This document shows, in pieces, positions 1-9,766 of a stretch of DNA of 60,640 bases. Position 1 is the first letter of the stretch, and each line of letters begins with the position of its first letter. Below the pieces are notes generated by a model. That model did not search any database. It was not told the origin of the DNA and was given only the letters and a program-made list of their open reading frames with translations. The position numbers and the translations under genes are program-made. Source of the DNA: a virus (Duplodnaviria; Caudoviricetes); IMG/VR virus record IMGVR_UViG_3300036774_000032, positions 1 to 60,640 of that record. The stretch is one strand, 5' to 3'.

Positions 1-23
1 AACACTTAAACAAAGACGTTGGA
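1..23. repeat. Terminal direct repeat / circular overlap (copy at 60618-60640)
   Basis: aacacttaaacaaagacgttgga is identical at both ends, and a minus-strand ORF reads in frame across the junction. Confidence 0.95.
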
Positions 24-382
24 AGGTCCTTGAGTTCCCAGAAGACGATGTCTCCCGCGTCGTCCGCAAACTTCACCGTGGACTCCAAGGGAAATTTTCG
101 CTCGTAGTAGTTGACCCCGATGATGTCCTTGTCATGGTCAAGGAGTGTTCGGATTGCGGGACCGGGGAACCACATATCCGTGTCGACGAAGACGAGGTGC
201 GAGGATCCGGCACGGATCGCCTCCTCCGTGATCTTCTGCCGGTTATCCTGAATGTACCCCCCCTTCTGAATCATCAGTTGTATCGGATAGGGGAGCGATT
301 GCATGGACGCCCAAAGCGAAGAGACCGTCTCCGTGCAGACCTTATCCCGCGCTGCGATCCCGAGGGTAAGCTGAGTCGTCAT
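1..382 (-). CDS. GT-A fold glycosyltransferase, 5' part (continues at 60617-60415)
   Basis: Manual translation MTTQLTLGIAARDKV...HLVFVDTDMWF...KDIIGVNY joins ...GTGLMVIKTSVF...TEDVWFC...VKHIG. DxD, ED and C-terminal His motifs of GT2-like enzymes. This part is absent from the ORF track. Confidence 0.85.
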   Translation of the reverse strand, partial: MTTQLTLGIAARDKVCTETVSSLWASMQSLPYPIQLMIQKGGYIQDNRQKITEEAIRAGSSHLVFVDTDMWFPGPAIRTLLDHDKDIIGVNYYERKFPLESTVKFADDAGDIVFWELKDLPTSLFKC

Positions 383-549
383 GCCCGCATCAACTCCTTG
401 AACCGCGCTATCGCCTGCGCCCGAGTGATCTGCGCGAGGCCGGCTTTCACGCGCAAGACGTTGATCTGTTCCAAGATCATGCCCAAGAGGGTCCGCGTCC
501 TCAGATCGAGCAAGACGCGCTCCTCTGTCCGATAGTCAAGTTTCGCCAT
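379..549 (-). CDS. Hypothetical 56-aa protein
   Basis: MAKLDYRTEERVLL...FKELMRA. Start and stop overlap both neighbours (TGATG, ATGA). Confidence 0.65.
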   Translation of the reverse strand: MAKLDYRTEERVLLDLRTRTLLGMILEQINVLRVKAGLAQITRAQAIARFKELMRA

Positions 550-974
550 CAGACCGCCTCCACGGTAATTGGACGCGACCGCAGCGTGGGGTTCACCACG
601 CGCAGGCTGAATCGCTGCGGCGCGTCACTTGTCAGGTCGAGAGTCTCCCCGTGAGCCACAGTCGTCACGGTGTTCCCCGGCTGGACCCAGATGTCCACGG
701 ATGCGGAATGGTCATGACTCACCGCGCAGACGGCCACCCCGTCGGCGGTGAACCGTTGGGGCGTGGCCGTCAACGTGACCAGGGCCTTTTGGACGAGTTG
801 CCCCCCAACGATATGCCATTCGTTTGGCGCTGCGTTCGCTTCATGCCCTGCGGGGAGTTCCAGGACAGATTCGGTTCCTGGATCATAGTTGAGGGCAAGG
901 TCACTGTCCTGCGTGACACAGAGCGCGATCAACCGGTCCGGATCACTGGTCTTCCACTTGACGACGGTCTTCAT
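549..974 (-). CDS. Hypothetical tail-fibre-associated protein
   Basis: Likely start MKTVVKWK just after the tail fibre stop; beta-rich sequence. Confidence 0.6.
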   Translation of the reverse strand: MKTVVKWKTSDPDRLIALCVTQDSDLALNYDPGTESVLELPAGHEANAAPNEWHIVGGQLVQKALVTLTATPQRFTADGVAVCAVSHDHSASVDIWVQPGNTVTTVAHGETLDLTSDAPQRFSLRVVNPTLRSRPITVEAV

Positions 975-979
975 GGCGC

Positions 980-3805
980 CTACTTTTTGATGTTCTTCGC
1001 GCTGAACACGAGCGAGCTCCACGTCCACCCCACCGTCGGAATGTTGTCCGGTTGGGCAGTAATCTTGTAGGTCCTGGAGGCCGTACCAGGATTCGTGTCC
1101 ACTGCGAAGATGATCGGATCGTCTCCCGTCGAGTCGCCCCCGCTCGCCCCTCCAGACCCGGCATTGAATGGACTACCCGCCGCCAGGTATGTCGTGATGA
1201 CAGTCTCATAGACATTCGATCCGTCCGCCCGCTTGAGCCGGATCGTGCAATTCGCGTCGTAGGCTCCCCCATAGGCGATCGCCAACCAAAACCGAGCGAT
1301 CAGCTCGGTCCACCCTTCCACACAACTCAGGGTGATGCTGGCAAGATCAACCTCGACCCCATTGGAGGTAAGGGTCCCTCCGGAAATGTTCGTTATCGAC
1401 CCAGCGGCCGTGATGGCGTTGTCCTCGACGTGCCCCGTCGCCACGGCCAACGCCTTGATCCCGTACCCCGTCGCCCCGCCCCCGTCGAAGTCGAACATCA
1501 AATTACCGGAGGAGTCCCAGATCGAGAGTCCGTAGTCAGTCGCGGCCCCTCCAAGTCTTCCAAGGAGAACCCGTCCCTGACCGTTTTCGTCTTGCACGAG
1601 TATGTATTTATATCTCCCATCAAGAACGAATCGGTCACTCCCCAGGTTGATGACTTGCGCCCCGATGGTGCCGGCGGTGATCTTGTTTGCTACGAGTGAT
1701 TTGATATTCGACGTCTCGACTACCTCGGTCCCGATCTGCGCCGTCCCCGTGATGACGGCGTTCACGGTGTCCAGGTGGGCCGCTCTGATCTGTTGGGCGT
1801 ACAGATTGACCGCTGTGAAATTTTGCTGGAGGTCTCCCCGGACCAGCATCGTCCCCGTGGCCCGTAGCGTCAGTGTCGATCCAGAAAACGATCCTTGCTG
1901 GATGTAGATGTACCCCGTTTCTGAATCACTCTCATCGAGCGTCCCCGTCGTCCCGGAAGTCTCGATCCGCTGCCATACACCCGCCGCCAAGGCAACCCAG
2001 GGTGAACCAAACTGGCCATGCGATCCGGTGAGGTTCAGGGCGGCGTTGCACGTCTTATCCGCCTTCACCCAGATGGACAGGCTGTACTTTGTATTCGAGA
2101 CCAGGTGGATGTCCCAACCCAGATCATCGGGCAGAGGCGAGCGAAGTGCCGGGTAAGAGTCTGTAGTCAATCCCGTATACTGGCATTCACAACAATAATC
2201 CGCCGGAAGATCCGACGGCGCGTCGGCAACGGCGGCGATTGCGGCAGAACCTGGAGCCGTGGAGAGGTATCCAAACCACCCGGCAACACTCCCCCCGGCG
2301 CAGACGGGGTTCGGGATCAGGTTCGACCCCCCGATGCTGAACCCCGCGTCTGCGGAGGCGATCGTCAGCGTCGTGGTTGTCCCGCAGGCCACGAAGGCGC
2401 TCCGGTTCCCACTGGTATCCAAAGACTTGAGCCAGTACCAGTAGGCCATCCCGTTCGCCAGGGCGGTATCCGTGAACATGATCCCGGTGCGCGGGACCGT
2501 ACCCACCTTCACGGAAGACGCGGAGGCGTTCGACGTGTACCGGTAGATTTCCGTCTCGCTCAGGTCGAGGTCAGCGGCGGGGGTGAAGACGATGGTGATT
2601 TGCTTGAATCCGGCGGTAAGGCTGACAGCCGTGGGAACCCCAGGCGCGACGTTGTCTTTGGCGGTCGTTGTGGTGACGGTCGTGCAGAAAGAGGATTTGT
2701 TCCCGACCTGATCGAACGCCGCGAGGCGCGCCTCGTACACGATATTGGCGACGACGCCATATTCCCGAACCGAAAGCGTCGCCTTGTCCAGGAGACGCGA
2801 CGTGTAGGGCGTGACCCCTTGCGGACGGAAGTCGAGTTGATACCCGGCCAGGTCGCTATCAGTATTCGCTGCCCAGGAGAGGTCCAGATAGGTGACGGTC
2901 GACCCGTCCGCGTTGACCGTGACTCCCGTGGCTAAGGTCAGGCCGGTCGGCGTGGCCGGCGCCGTCACGTCTGGACTCCCCACGGCGATGTCGGTATCGC
3001 CTTTCCCGCTCACGTAGGACGTGTAGGCCGAGAACGCCCCGGAATCCCGCATCGCCCGCAGGCGGAAGTACCTCGTAACCGTGTCCGTGACCGGGACCGT
3101 GTAGGTCGTTGCCGCCACCCGGTAACTTATGACGTCGTCCGTGAATCCCGTATCGTCGGCCTGCTGGATCTCGTAGGCCCGCACGTCCGCCTCGGGATTC
3201 GCGTTCCAGGAGAGGAGGACTGACAGGTAGCGCGTGGCCGAGGTCAGGCCAGTCGGCGTGCTGGGGGCCGTCTGGTCGGTGTTGATGGGATCGTGCGGAT
3301 CCATGGGGTTTGGCGTGAAGGCCGGGACGTCCGGGCCCTCCGTGAGCATCGCCCCATCGAATCGACACGTCCCGTTGGTGTCATACACCGTCAGGATGGC
3401 GTCGAGCTTCGTGGCCGCGATCGAGCAGGTCTTGTGCACCACCAGGAGCATCCATTCGCCCACGGAGCAGGCGTAGCCGCCATACGTGACGGACACTCCA
3501 TCGTCCAGGCCGATCTTCGCCGTGATCCCGGCATCCTTCCTGACCAGGCACGAGAAGGTATATGTGTGCGATTGAATGTCCGCGATGTTCAGGGTGCTGC
3601 CGAGGACATGCTGCGTCAGGGTGGCGTCGGCGTTCGTCTTGGTGAGAGCCGCGGAGTAGAGGCCATACCGGAAATAGGTGCCATCCTTGGCGACGGAGGC
3701 CCCCGTCCCGCCCAGCACCCAATAATCGGGAACGGAGGTGCTCCAGGTCTCGACAGACCCGTTGCGGAGGAGGTTGACCGTTGCCGTGTTCGCAATTTCA
3801 GTCAT
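980..3805 (-). CDS. Tail fibre / host-specificity protein with CBM-like and FN3 domains
   Basis: NLLRNGS and NLIPNP carbohydrate-binding-module-like starts; repeated D.TAP.TPTGL...LSW FN3 units; ANKITAGTI fibre motif; follows the nozzle gene. Confidence 0.8.
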   Translation of the reverse strand: MTEIANTATVNLLRNGSVETWSTSVPDYWVLGGTGASVAKDGTYFRYGLYSAALTKTNADATLTQHVLGSTLNIADIQSHTYTFSCLVRKDAGITAKIGLDDGVSVTYGGYACSVGEWMLLVVHKTCSIAATKLDAILTVYDTNGTCRFDGAMLTEGPDVPAFTPNPMDPHDPINTDQTAPSTPTGLTSATRYLSVLLSWNANPEADVRAYEIQQADDTGFTDDVISYRVAATTYTVPVTDTVTRYFRLRAMRDSGAFSAYTSYVSGKGDTDIAVGSPDVTAPATPTGLTLATGVTVNADGSTVTYLDLSWAANTDSDLAGYQLDFRPQGVTPYTSRLLDKATLSVREYGVVANIVYEARLAAFDQVGNKSSFCTTVTTTTAKDNVAPGVPTAVSLTAGFKQITIVFTPAADLDLSETEIYRYTSNASASSVKVGTVPRTGIMFTDTALANGMAYWYWLKSLDTSGNRSAFVACGTTTTLTIASADAGFSIGGSNLIPNPVCAGGSVAGWFGYLSTAPGSAAIAAVADAPSDLPADYCCECQYTGLTTDSYPALRSPLPDDLGWDIHLVSNTKYSLSIWVKADKTCNAALNLTGSHGQFGSPWVALAAGVWQRIETSGTTGTLDESDSETGYIYIQQGSFSGSTLTLRATGTMLVRGDLQQNFTAVNLYAQQIRAAHLDTVNAVITGTAQIGTEVVETSNIKSLVANKITAGTIGAQVINLGSDRFVLDGRYKYILVQDENGQGRVLLGRLGGAATDYGLSIWDSSGNLMFDFDGGGATGYGIKALAVATGHVEDNAITAAGSITNISGGTLTSNGVEVDLASITLSCVEGWTELIARFWLAIAYGGAYDANCTIRLKRADGSNVYETVITTYLAAGSPFNAGSGGASGGDSTGDDPIIFAVDTNPGTASRTYKITAQPDNIPTVGWTWSSLVFSAKNIKK

Positions 3806-5322
3806 TAGCGCCCGCCCGGTCGGAACCAGTAGCGAAACGCCGCGAGGCTCACGTCTTCATCGTCGGTGGAATTCGACCAGCGCACGGCCCAGCGGTATCC
3901 CGTACCCCCAACTCGCTTCACCTGTCGTTGCTGGCTCGCGTCGAATTGAATGGTCTTGTGGATCACACCATCCCGGAAGACTTCCGCTGTGACCGTGGCA
4001 GAGCCATGGGGATTGAAGACCGCCTCGAGGAAGTCGACAGCCTTCTTCCGAGAGGCGAGGGACGAGTCGAGGAAACTGAAATCGGTTTCCACGGTCTTGA
4101 TCTTCCAGGTGTACCCAGATCCGGCATTGCTCCGGTCCTCTTGGTCGAGAAGGTAGACCTTCCCGGCATTGCTTCCCCCCGCCGGCCTGCGGATCGTGTC
4201 ACTCCCGACGTGCAGCCAGAGGCTCGGCAGAGTGTCCCGAGTGGAGTAGGAGAACCGAATCAGGTTCGGATACCCGGTGAAGTCGAACATCAGCCGAAGA
4301 TTGTTGACGGTACTCCCGACGCCAGGAAGGCTGTAGACCGCGAGGCTCTTGTGCTCAAACCAGACGGAGGTCGCCTGATTGAGCCGATTGAGGTTGACGT
4401 TCTGTCGAATCCAGTCCTTGACATTGAGCCGCTCGCTGAGGTCTGACCTCCGAAAGCTCCCGGTGCTCCGGTCCAGGACGGAGACCAGGTGAAAGCCCGC
4501 GTCGGTATCGAGGAGGAGAATATCGCCAACGACGGGAAGTGCCGCATAGGGCGTGTCGGCCGCCCCCATGCCCTCCGCGTCCGTAATCGCCTTGACTTGC
4601 CAGTATTGGGGTCGCGGGTCGCTGTCGTCGAGGTAGAAGATGCCGTTGGGATGCTTGAAGATGTAGAGCAGTTCGCCAAATTCGACCAGTTGGACGCAAT
4701 ACTTTCCCACGCCGGGATAAATCGGGAGGTACTGCGCCTCGGCACACCGGAAGTCTTCGTGGTTCGCTATCCCGCTCGCATAGAGACCGTGGCCCATGAC
4801 CCCCCACATGCGCGCCGCGTGCGGGAGAAGATGCCTGGGCTGCGAGGTCCCGGTCCAGTCGATCGGAGTGACGCTCACCGTGGCCGCTGCAGCGGCGTCT
4901 CCTGATACCACCTGGACGGCATCGACCCCGTTCGCGTAGAAGAGTTTCCGAGCTGCGCCGCTCTCTTCCTCGCCTCCCTGCGCGAACCGCCCCTGCGCCG
5001 TCGTCGAGAGGCCACTGGCGAGGGTGACGCTGTTCAGGTCGCTGCCGACTTCCTTATAGAGACAGCCATCCCCAGCCGCGATGATGGTTCGGCGGACCGA
5101 GTTCGTCGCCGGGAAGTGATACCCTGCCAGGATGGCCGGATCTGCGGAGACTCCGTTGGCATCGAGGAGGACGGTTCCTGGTTCCTTGCGCCAGTCCCCC
5201 TCGCCTAGCGCAACGCCTTCCGCCTCGACGAGGTCAGACGGTTGGAGCTGCGTCACGTTCTGGCGCGAGTTCAGACTGGAGGATCCTGCCCCGATCTCGG
5301 CCCGAACCCCTCGGTACGCCAT
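3805..5322 (-). CDS. Tail nozzle / head-closure protein (P22 gp10 / T7 gp12-like)
   Basis: 505-aa beta-rich protein directly after the adaptor, as in podovirus gene order. Confidence 0.7.
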   Translation of the reverse strand: MAYRGVRAEIGAGSSSLNSRQNVTQLQPSDLVEAEGVALGEGDWRKEPGTVLLDANGVSADPAILAGYHFPATNSVRRTIIAAGDGCLYKEVGSDLNSVTLASGLSTTAQGRFAQGGEEESGAARKLFYANGVDAVQVVSGDAAAAATVSVTPIDWTGTSQPRHLLPHAARMWGVMGHGLYASGIANHEDFRCAEAQYLPIYPGVGKYCVQLVEFGELLYIFKHPNGIFYLDDSDPRPQYWQVKAITDAEGMGAADTPYAALPVVGDILLLDTDAGFHLVSVLDRSTGSFRRSDLSERLNVKDWIRQNVNLNRLNQATSVWFEHKSLAVYSLPGVGSTVNNLRLMFDFTGYPNLIRFSYSTRDTLPSLWLHVGSDTIRRPAGGSNAGKVYLLDQEDRSNAGSGYTWKIKTVETDFSFLDSSLASRKKAVDFLEAVFNPHGSATVTAEVFRDGVIHKTIQFDASQQRQVKRVGGTGYRWAVRWSNSTDDEDVSLAAFRYWFRPGGR

Positions 5323-6209
5323 TACCGCCTCGCTCCCACGGAGAACTGACTCCGGACGTACAACCCCGGCTTGAGCATCCGTCGCTGTCGGGCCTTCATG
5401 TGCTTCAACTTCTCCGGGCCCGCCGCCGCGAAGGAGGCAAACCGATCGTCGTTCATATCCACCAGCAGCTCTCCGGCCGCGGCATAGACGAGCACCATGC
5501 GGTCCTCGGGAGGCTGGATGATTGGCGTATCGCTGGACACCACCCCGTCGAACGTGAGCGCGCCGGGATGGTAGGTGTAGTCATATTCATAGCGACGGGC
5601 CTCGGTCGGGTAGGGGGCGATCCGGAGAACCCCATCCCCGATGATGGCGCAGTACCGGGCGCTGACTCCGCTACTTGACCGGTACGGGTACTCTGCGTCC
5701 ATGCGGCCCGGGGAAATCAGGTCCATGTCATAACTGCCGTGGCAATCTCGAAGGAACCGACCCGTGTTGACCGGCGCCAGGAAGTCGGATGCGAGGTCGT
5801 ACTCGTCCTGGAAGACGGCATACGTGAGGCCGCTTCCCCCGTCGCCCTGGTACGTCGAGTCGAGGGTGAACCCCGTCTGCCCGGCCGTGTGTGCGATGAT
5901 CCGGCAGACGATCCCATCAGCGTCCGTGCGGATCTTCCGCCCTTCCACGGAGGCCGTCGGGGCGCTGGAGAATGTCCCGGATGCCGAGTCGGTCGTCAAG
6001 GTGACGCTTCCGGTCGTGATCTCTGCGACGGTGTTCAGGACACCCGGAGGCGTTTTTCGCGCGAACAGCCATGGGAAGTCTTCGAGGACGGCGATATACG
6101 ACGTGTTGATGTAGTCCTCAACCTCCGAGCCGAAGTCGGGGCTCACGGCATCGTCGCCAGCGCGAGAGAGGATCAGCGCCTTTAACTCCTCACCGGTCGT
6201 ATAGCCCAT
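5322..6209 (-). CDS. Head-tail adaptor (tail tubular protein A-like) with inserted beta domain
   Basis: T.GEELK..I...A, YIN.SY, FPW.F, Y.L.SDF, LRIAPYP and LVY.AA motifs typical of adaptors. Confidence 0.7.
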   Translation of the reverse strand: MGYTTGEELKALILSRAGDDAVSPDFGSEVEDYINTSYIAVLEDFPWLFARKTPPGVLNTVAEITTGSVTLTTDSASGTFSSAPTASVEGRKIRTDADGIVCRIIAHTAGQTGFTLDSTYQGDGGSGLTYAVFQDEYDLASDFLAPVNTGRFLRDCHGSYDMDLISPGRMDAEYPYRSSSGVSARYCAIIGDGVLRIAPYPTEARRYEYDYTYHPGALTFDGVVSSDTPIIQPPEDRMVLVYAAAGELLVDMNDDRFASFAAAGPEKLKHMKARQRRMLKPGLYVRSQFSVGARR

Positions 6210-6221
6210 GACGCTCTCCTG

Positions 6222-6884
6222 TCAGTGCTTTCTGTCCCCTTGAATCTCGCGGTGCAAGATGATCTGTCCGTTGATGGCAACCAACCGCTTGTCGATGCGG
6301 TCCATCCAATCGGTCACAAGTTCCCGGAAGACGCTCATCTTCCGCAACTCTTCCGCCTGGGTTTCGATCTTCTGCCGGATGTTCTGCCCCTTGATCGTCA
6401 CCTTTACGTCCGTCAGCGGAACTAAATCCGTCCGGAGAATGTTGGTTGTAACGAGCATCTGACTGTGCAGGAGATACTCGCCGCTGATGATGGCCGGCGC
6501 TTCGATAGGCAGACTGATCGTGTGGCATCCTTTCACACTCGCAATCGGGATAATCAACTGGAGTTCGTAGGCGAAAATCACGTCCTTGTTCGCCCCCTGC
6601 GTGCCTTCCATCCAGCGTCGCAGATACATTCGCTGCGTCGTGTGTGTGAGGCAATATTCGCGGTACGTGTAAAAGAAGTCCCCCGGCTGAACCGATTCGA
6701 GGGGACGCAGATGGTCTCGGTCGATACTCGTACCATCATGCGCCACGGGGGACGCATAGACCTCCCAAAAAGGAACAGGGTCAAACGCAATGAGATAGAC
6801 GATGAAACTGAGGCACGCTGCCATCACGCCGAGCATGGCCCAGAGCGGGAACCAAGGATATTTCCGGAAGAAGTCATTTACCAT
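6222..6884 (-). CDS. Single-pass membrane protein with C-terminal coiled coil
   Basis: N-terminal hydrophobic helix; C-terminal heptad-like segment. Confidence 0.6.
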   Translation of the reverse strand: MVNDFFRKYPWFPLWAMLGVMAACLSFIVYLIAFDPVPFWEVYASPVAHDGTSIDRDHLRPLESVQPGDFFYTYREYCLTHTTQRMYLRRWMEGTQGANKDVIFAYELQLIIPIASVKGCHTISLPIEAPAIISGEYLLHSQMLVTTNILRTDLVPLTDVKVTIKGQNIRQKIETQAEELRKMSVFRELVTDWMDRIDKRLVAINGQIILHREIQGDRKH

Positions 6885-7092
6885 GGAGCATCACCAGGGC
6901 GACGAGTGCTCCAATAAACCCCGTCAGGATCACCGCCAGCATCCCGTAGACCACGGCTCTCACGGGTTGAAACTCCGCCTTCGGGGTGAAATAGGGATCG
7001 CTCCCGTTGCCAAGTTTTCGTTCCAAATGCTGCAAGCGTTCATCCATCCGTGCAAGTTTCTCTCTCGCTGAATCATCCAGGGGCTGCTCCAT
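6874..7092 (-). CDS. Small membrane protein, holin-like
   Basis: Coiled coil followed by EFQPVRAVVYG and a C-terminal TM helix. Confidence 0.55.
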   Translation of the reverse strand: MEQPLDDSAREKLARMDERLQHLERKLGNGSDPYFTPKAEFQPVRAVVYGMLAVILTGFIGALVALVMLHGK

Positions 7093-7101
7093 GCGAATCG
7101 A

Positions 7102-7455
7102 CTACAGATTATACTTCGACACGCACTTCACGGTCAGGCTCGTGCTCGACCCGCCAACCGTGCAATTCGGCCGGATGTACTTCGGGTTCTCCTGGAGGGT
7201 CTCCCCGAAGTCGCTCGTCTTGCTGAGTTGGTTCCCCTGGCCGTCGGTCAACGGGAAGGCGTCGGACTTGTCCGCGGCGTTCGCCCCCTGGATGATGAGG
7301 GTGGCCCCATTCCAGACCCCATACGCCGTGATGGTCTTGTCCGGGAGGTGCGGCGCGTCCAGCCATCCGCCAGCATCGCCGCTCGTGATGGGCGTCCAGA
7401 TGGCTTCATGGACTCCGCCGAGGGTGTATTCACCGTAGGGATTTACCGTCGCCAT
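7102..7455 (-). CDS. Small virion-associated beta protein
   Basis: 117 aa with GVWNGATLIIQGAN; good RBS; lies in the structural block. Confidence 0.55.
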   Translation of the reverse strand: MATVNPYGEYTLGGVHEAIWTPITSGDAGGWLDAPHLPDKTITAYGVWNGATLIIQGANAADKSDAFPLTDGQGNQLSKTSDFGETLQENPKYIRPNCTVGGSSTSLTVKCVSKYNL

Positions 7456-8320
7456 GGGCGCCTCTCCTCTTCGGTTTCGCTTCCAACGGCTTGTGCCGGA
7501 GGGGCAGATGCAGCGGGTACTGCGTGCCGTCCGGCGTGATATGTTTGCAGAAGATGCTCGTGTCCATCAGGAAGGGGTACTTCTTGGCCGCGATCTTCGG
7601 GAAGCCCGCTCGCTTGAGGTATCCACCCTCCATGACGCGATTGCACCATGCCAGGTCTTCGGTCCCGGTGAAGGCCGTCCAGGATTCCTTGACCGGGTCG
7701 AATGTCTGGCCGGCTGGCGTGTCGAATATCTGGGCGATCTTCTTATCATGGCCTGGGGGCAGGTACTTCGGCGCGTCCTTCGTCATTTCCCGCAGGATGG
7801 AGACGTGGATCAGCGTGCAGCCCATCGGGACCCCGTCCACCCAGACCTTCTCGCCGAGCTTCCAGTCGGTAAAGTACCCATTGCCTCGGCCGCGGTAGAG
7901 CAGGGGCTCCGGCGGGTGGGCCTTGGCACAGTACAGGCCAGAAACGACGGGGATCGTCCCGTCAAGCATATACTGGTTGAGCTTCACGAAGGTGGTCGGC
8001 GGGAGAATCACGTCATGGTCGATGAAGAGGAGCCAGTCATACGCCTGGCTCACCGCGGCGTCCACGACGATATTCCTCGCCTCGGCCACGGCGTATCCCA
8101 GCGGCGTGGCCTGGTTGTACCAATAGACGATTTCGCTGTTACTCCAGTTGCACGGGATCGTCTGCCCGTAGCGCGCCATCGCCCACTCGGCCCGGATTAG
8201 GCCGGTCATGGGGACACCGACCATGATGCGATGCTGCGGCTTCTGGTTGGCCTGGAGGAGCAGGCCCATGTACCTCTCGCCCTTCGCTGTTTTCGGCACA
8301 ATGCCGCTCCTTTGTGTCAT
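7430..8320 (-). CDS. GT-A fold glycosyltransferase
   Basis: EARN..V, LLFIDHD (DxD), VVSGLY, MGCTLI, TEDLAWC, CKH. Start placed at MTQRSG (ATGA overlap). Confidence 0.85.
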   Translation of the reverse strand: MTQRSGIVPKTAKGERYMGLLLQANQKPQHRIMVGVPMTGLIRAEWAMARYGQTIPCNWSNSEIVYWYNQATPLGYAVAEARNIVVDAAVSQAYDWLLFIDHDVILPPTTFVKLNQYMLDGTIPVVSGLYCAKAHPPEPLLYRGRGNGYFTDWKLGEKVWVDGVPMGCTLIHVSILREMTKDAPKYLPPGHDKKIAQIFDTPAGQTFDPVKESWTAFTGTEDLAWCNRVMEGGYLKRAGFPKIAAKKYPFLMDTSIFCKHITPDGTQYPLHLPLRHKPLEAKPKRRGAHGDGKSLR

Positions 8321-8985
8321 TGCCACACCGAGTTTGCCAAGACGAGAGGTGAGCCCCACTTCGAGAGAAGGTAGGATGCGGACGGTCGGATTTCGTCCTC
8401 TCTTCCCTCGAAGGATTTTGCCGTCCAGTGGGTGAGGTCCAGATCGGACACGTAAACCGTGCGACCGTGCTTCGCCATCTGCATGCACAGATCCTCAACG
8501 GCCCCGTGCCACCCCGGGATTTGTGGGTCGAAGTCAATGTGCGCTCCGTTGACGATGCACAGAACCGCGTCAAGGATGTTGACCTCCTCCGGCCCTTCGG
8601 AGACTCCAGAGTGAATATCCTGCCCAAGGTTCGGAGAGGCAACGCTTCCGATCTGGTAGATGTCTATTTTCGTTTCAGTTCCCTTGACCTCACTAAATCC
8701 GTACTTGACTCCAAGAGCGCCAAGAGTTCCCCATGGCTTTCCCTGCGCCTCAAGATTCCCTATGGAATCCCGAAACCGTTTGTTGCTATCGCGGGAGAAA
8801 GACACGTCCTGATGGACAAACACTCGAATCCTGTTCGATGCGATGGCCTGCCCTCGCTGGTACGCCTGGGCGATACTCGGCATTCCAGAGAACAGAAGTA
8901 CCTCGTCCCCCTCCACCAGAGACAGGGAATCCAATAATCGTTCCTTGAGCACCTTCGCGTCATTCCAGTGACAGATATACGACAC
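8317..8985 (-). CDS. Glycosyltransferase (GT2-like)
   Basis: SIAQAYQRG, VFVHQDV, LDAVL, FD...GWH...DLC motifs; GTG start after AGGGAG. Confidence 0.75.
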   Translation of the reverse strand: MSYICHWNDAKVLKERLLDSLSLVEGDEVLLFSGMPSIAQAYQRGQAIASNRIRVFVHQDVSFSRDSNKRFRDSIGNLEAQGKPWGTLGALGVKYGFSEVKGTETKIDIYQIGSVASPNLGQDIHSGVSEGPEEVNILDAVLCIVNGAHIDFDPQIPGWHGAVEDLCMQMAKHGRTVYVSDLDLTHWTAKSFEGREDEIRPSASYLLSKWGSPLVLANSVWQ

Positions 8986-8992
8986 GGGCTCC

Positions 8993-9702
8993 CTACTCAA
9001 CACGCTTCAACCATCCTCCCGGATGCCACGAGAGCCCAAATCGCTCTCGGGTGCGATCAATCGCAAACTCCGGATGCTGGGGAAGCCAGGAGGCGATGGC
9101 CTCGGCGGGCCCCTCGCCTTTCCAGTCGTTGAGGTCGAGGAACGCGATGTTCGTGTCCTCAATAATCAGATAACACCCAGGCGTTACCAGGGGCGCGTAG
9201 GCTTCCAGTTCGTCCCGCACATGCTCGGCGTGATGATCCGAGTCGAGGACGACCATGATTTTCTGATACCGTTTCTCCTGGATCCGCTGGGTAATGACCG
9301 TGACGCACTCCGGGTCTTCCGATTGTGCGGTGACGAAAGAGATATGCGAGTGCTGCACCTTCTTAATCTTCTGGCTCACCGCCGGATGGTACTTGTAGAA
9401 CGACTCCAGTCCTTGATTGTCGATCGTGATGATCTCGTAGGGAGTTCCGGAGGCGCTCCACAGTTTATCGAGCATGTGGGCCATGAACAGGGCGCTCCCC
9501 CGCTCCACGTCCCCGTCTCGATGATACAATCCGGCATGGTCTCCCAGATCACTTCCTGCAGCACCCAGGAGTCGATCGGGTTCTTACTGATCGGCACGCC
9601 GCAATAGGTCACGCCGAACAGCCAATTCCCCCGCTTGTAAAACCGCTTGTGATAGGCGATCTCTTCCGCCTGTTCCGGCGTCCAATGCGCTACGTCAGGC
9701 AT
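8993..9702 (-). pseudogene. CmcI / rhamnosyl-O-methyltransferase-like gene, frameshifted at a C5 tract (9497-9501)
   Basis: KNPIDSWVLQEVIWE..PD.IIETGT..GG in one frame; SALFMA...VVLDSDH...YLIIEDT...HPGGWLKR in another. One extra G restores GGSALF. Confidence 0.8.
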
Positions 9703-9766
9703 AGAAGCTCCTTCCATATTCGTTGCGCCCAGATCGTGCAGGAGATGCACAGGCCCTCCTGCCACA

